Part shown: one piece after another, positions 63,066 through 64,000 of the stretch
Position numbering within the stretch: position 1 is the first letter of the stretch
Layout of the letters: each line of letters begins with the position of its first letter
Origin: a virus
Lineage: Duplodnaviria; Heunggongvirae; Uroviricota; Caudoviricetes
IMG/VR virus record: IMGVR_UViG_3300014205_008670
Location: 1-64,000 of that record
Strand: one strand, 5' to 3'
DNA: 64,000 nucleotides
Program-made: the position numbers and the translations under genes
The notes under the pieces: model-generated
Told to the model about the DNA's origin: nothing
The model's input: only the letters and a program-made list of their open reading frames with translations
Databases searched by the model: none

Positions 63066-63325
63066 AATTTAATATTTTTTATATATATGTAAATTCTTTT
63101 AGAATCTATTTCCCGATTATTCTCTAGTATAATAAATCCAGTTTCTATAAGGGATTTTTTTTCACAATTGTATTTTTCAAAATTTGTTATATATTCTTTT
63201 TTTAAAAGAATTTTAGGCAATGTTACAGTATATTTTTCCTCATTATTAAATAGGGCAATGCACTTTTTTTCAGTATCAAAATATTGAAAACCAATAAATT
63301 CAAATTTTTGGAATTCAATTTCCAT
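63062..63325 (-). CDS. hypothetical small protein
   Basis: Convergent with the upstream + gene. Confidence 0.35.
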   Translation of the reverse strand: MEIEFQKFEFIGFQYFDTEKKCIALFNNEEKYTVTLPKILLKKEYITNFEKYNCEKKSLIETGFIILENNREIDSKRIYIYIKNIKF

Positions 63326-63339
63326 GAAATATCTCTTAT

Positions 63340-63603
63340 TTAACTTTTATTTCTTGCTCCAAAATAAAATCCTAAAATCATTGTAAGAGAACTATACAGC
63401 CATTCTGGAATAGTTATACTTTTCAGCATAAGCAAACCAGAAATTCCTATCAATCCTATGGCCAATAATGCCCTTACAGAGCCTACTGGAAGGAATAAGG
63501 GTGGTGCATCTTTTATAAAGATAAAAAGTTTGTCTAAAATAGTTTTTTCTTTAGAAGAGTTATTTTTATTTTCAACTTTTTCTTCATCAATAATTTCATT
63601 CAT
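63340..63603 (-). CDS. small membrane protein (holin-like candidate)
   Basis: Two predicted TM helices (LLAIGLIGISGLLMLKSI, LYSSLTMILGFYFGA). Confidence 0.4.
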   Translation of the reverse strand: MNEIIDEEKVENKNNSSKEKTILDKLFIFIKDAPPLFLPVGSVRALLAIGLIGISGLLMLKSITIPEWLYSSLTMILGFYFGARNKS

Positions 63604-63650
63604 GTTAAAAACCTATCAGAAGAAATTTTACTATTAAAACTATTCTGTTT

Positions 63651-63989
63651 TTATTTACTTAATTCCTTTCCAAAATCTTTTTTTAATTTAGAAAATACTT
63701 CTTCCGTTATTGAAGTTAAATCTTTATTTTCCGGCAAGTATCCATATATTATGTACCAAACATATTCATAAACTGTTTGATATGTTTCCGGATCTCCTAA
63801 ATGAAATAATTTATGGTGTTTTTTACAAAGCAAAACTACATTTTTAGAATTTATGTATTCTCCAAAAATTCTAGATGTAGCAATTACGTGATGATATTCT
63901 CTTCCAAAATCTAAACAACAGGCACATTTGCAATTTTGTCTAATTTTTACTACTTCTTTTATTTCTTTTGGTATTTTTTTTCTTTTCAT
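63651..63989 (-). CDS. HNH endonuclease
   Basis: CKCACC ... EYHHVIATS ... CKKHHKLFH, an HNH zinc-knuckle pattern. Confidence 0.7.
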   Translation of the reverse strand: MKRKKIPKEIKEVVKIRQNCKCACCLDFGREYHHVIATSRIFGEYINSKNVVLLCKKHHKLFHLGDPETYQTVYEYVWYIIYGYLPENKDLTSITEEVFSKLKKDFGKELSK

Positions 63990-64000
63990 TTTTAAATTAT

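Noticed and set aside
1-64000. CRISPR arrays or long tandem DNA repeats
   Set aside because: No regularly spaced direct repeats were found. The only repeats are the paralogous coding module (46060/47010), the in-frame NPFYKK codon repeats and a 9-nt triplet.

Overview
This window reads as an AT-rich (~28% GC) tailed-phage genome segment from a host that uses Shine-Dalgarno sequences. Nearly everything is on the + strand and there are several very large ORFs. From 5' to 3' I see four blocks.

(1) A 3703-aa polyvalent-type protein with a C39-like cysteine peptidase at the N-terminus, a ParB/Srx-like motif in the middle, and a class II CCA-adding/poly(A) nucleotidyltransferase head plus HD domain at the C-terminus.

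(2) An accessory RNA-repair and translation block: Hsp20, an SPFH protein, an M28 peptidase, RtcB RNA ligase split by a LAGLIDADG intein at its catalytic Cys, an ~815-nt non-coding region carrying a YrlA-like Y RNA (a permuted tRNA-like module plus a long-range helix), Ro60/Rsr (TROVE+vWA), an IF-3 homolog and a sigma-70-family factor.

(3) Several huge hypothetical proteins, a DNA methyltransferase, and a zinc-ribbon protein with repeated NPFYKK peptide motifs ending at an A10 run that could drive a -1 frameshift.

(4) A morphogenesis block: a portal-like protein containing a second intein and a C-terminal DUF559-like nuclease domain, an 1876-aa protein that sits in the protease/scaffold slot (N-terminal region with a zinc ribbon, long acidic and Gly/Pro-rich tracts), a scaffold-like paralog, a putative decoration protein and a major-capsid-like protein followed by a strong terminator. 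These are followed by two homing-endonuclease-like genes (one fused to a DNA methyltransferase), an orphan CheY-like receiver operon, tail-fibre-like genes, and on the - strand at the 3' end an HNH endonuclease and small genes.

A recurring GGCC(A)-then-(-35-like) element marks several intergenic promoter candidates. The most interesting hypothesis is a phage-borne tRNA/RNA repair and translation-rescue arsenal (CCA-adding domain, RtcB, Ro60, Y RNA, IF3) that would act as a counter-defence against host RNA-targeting immunity.
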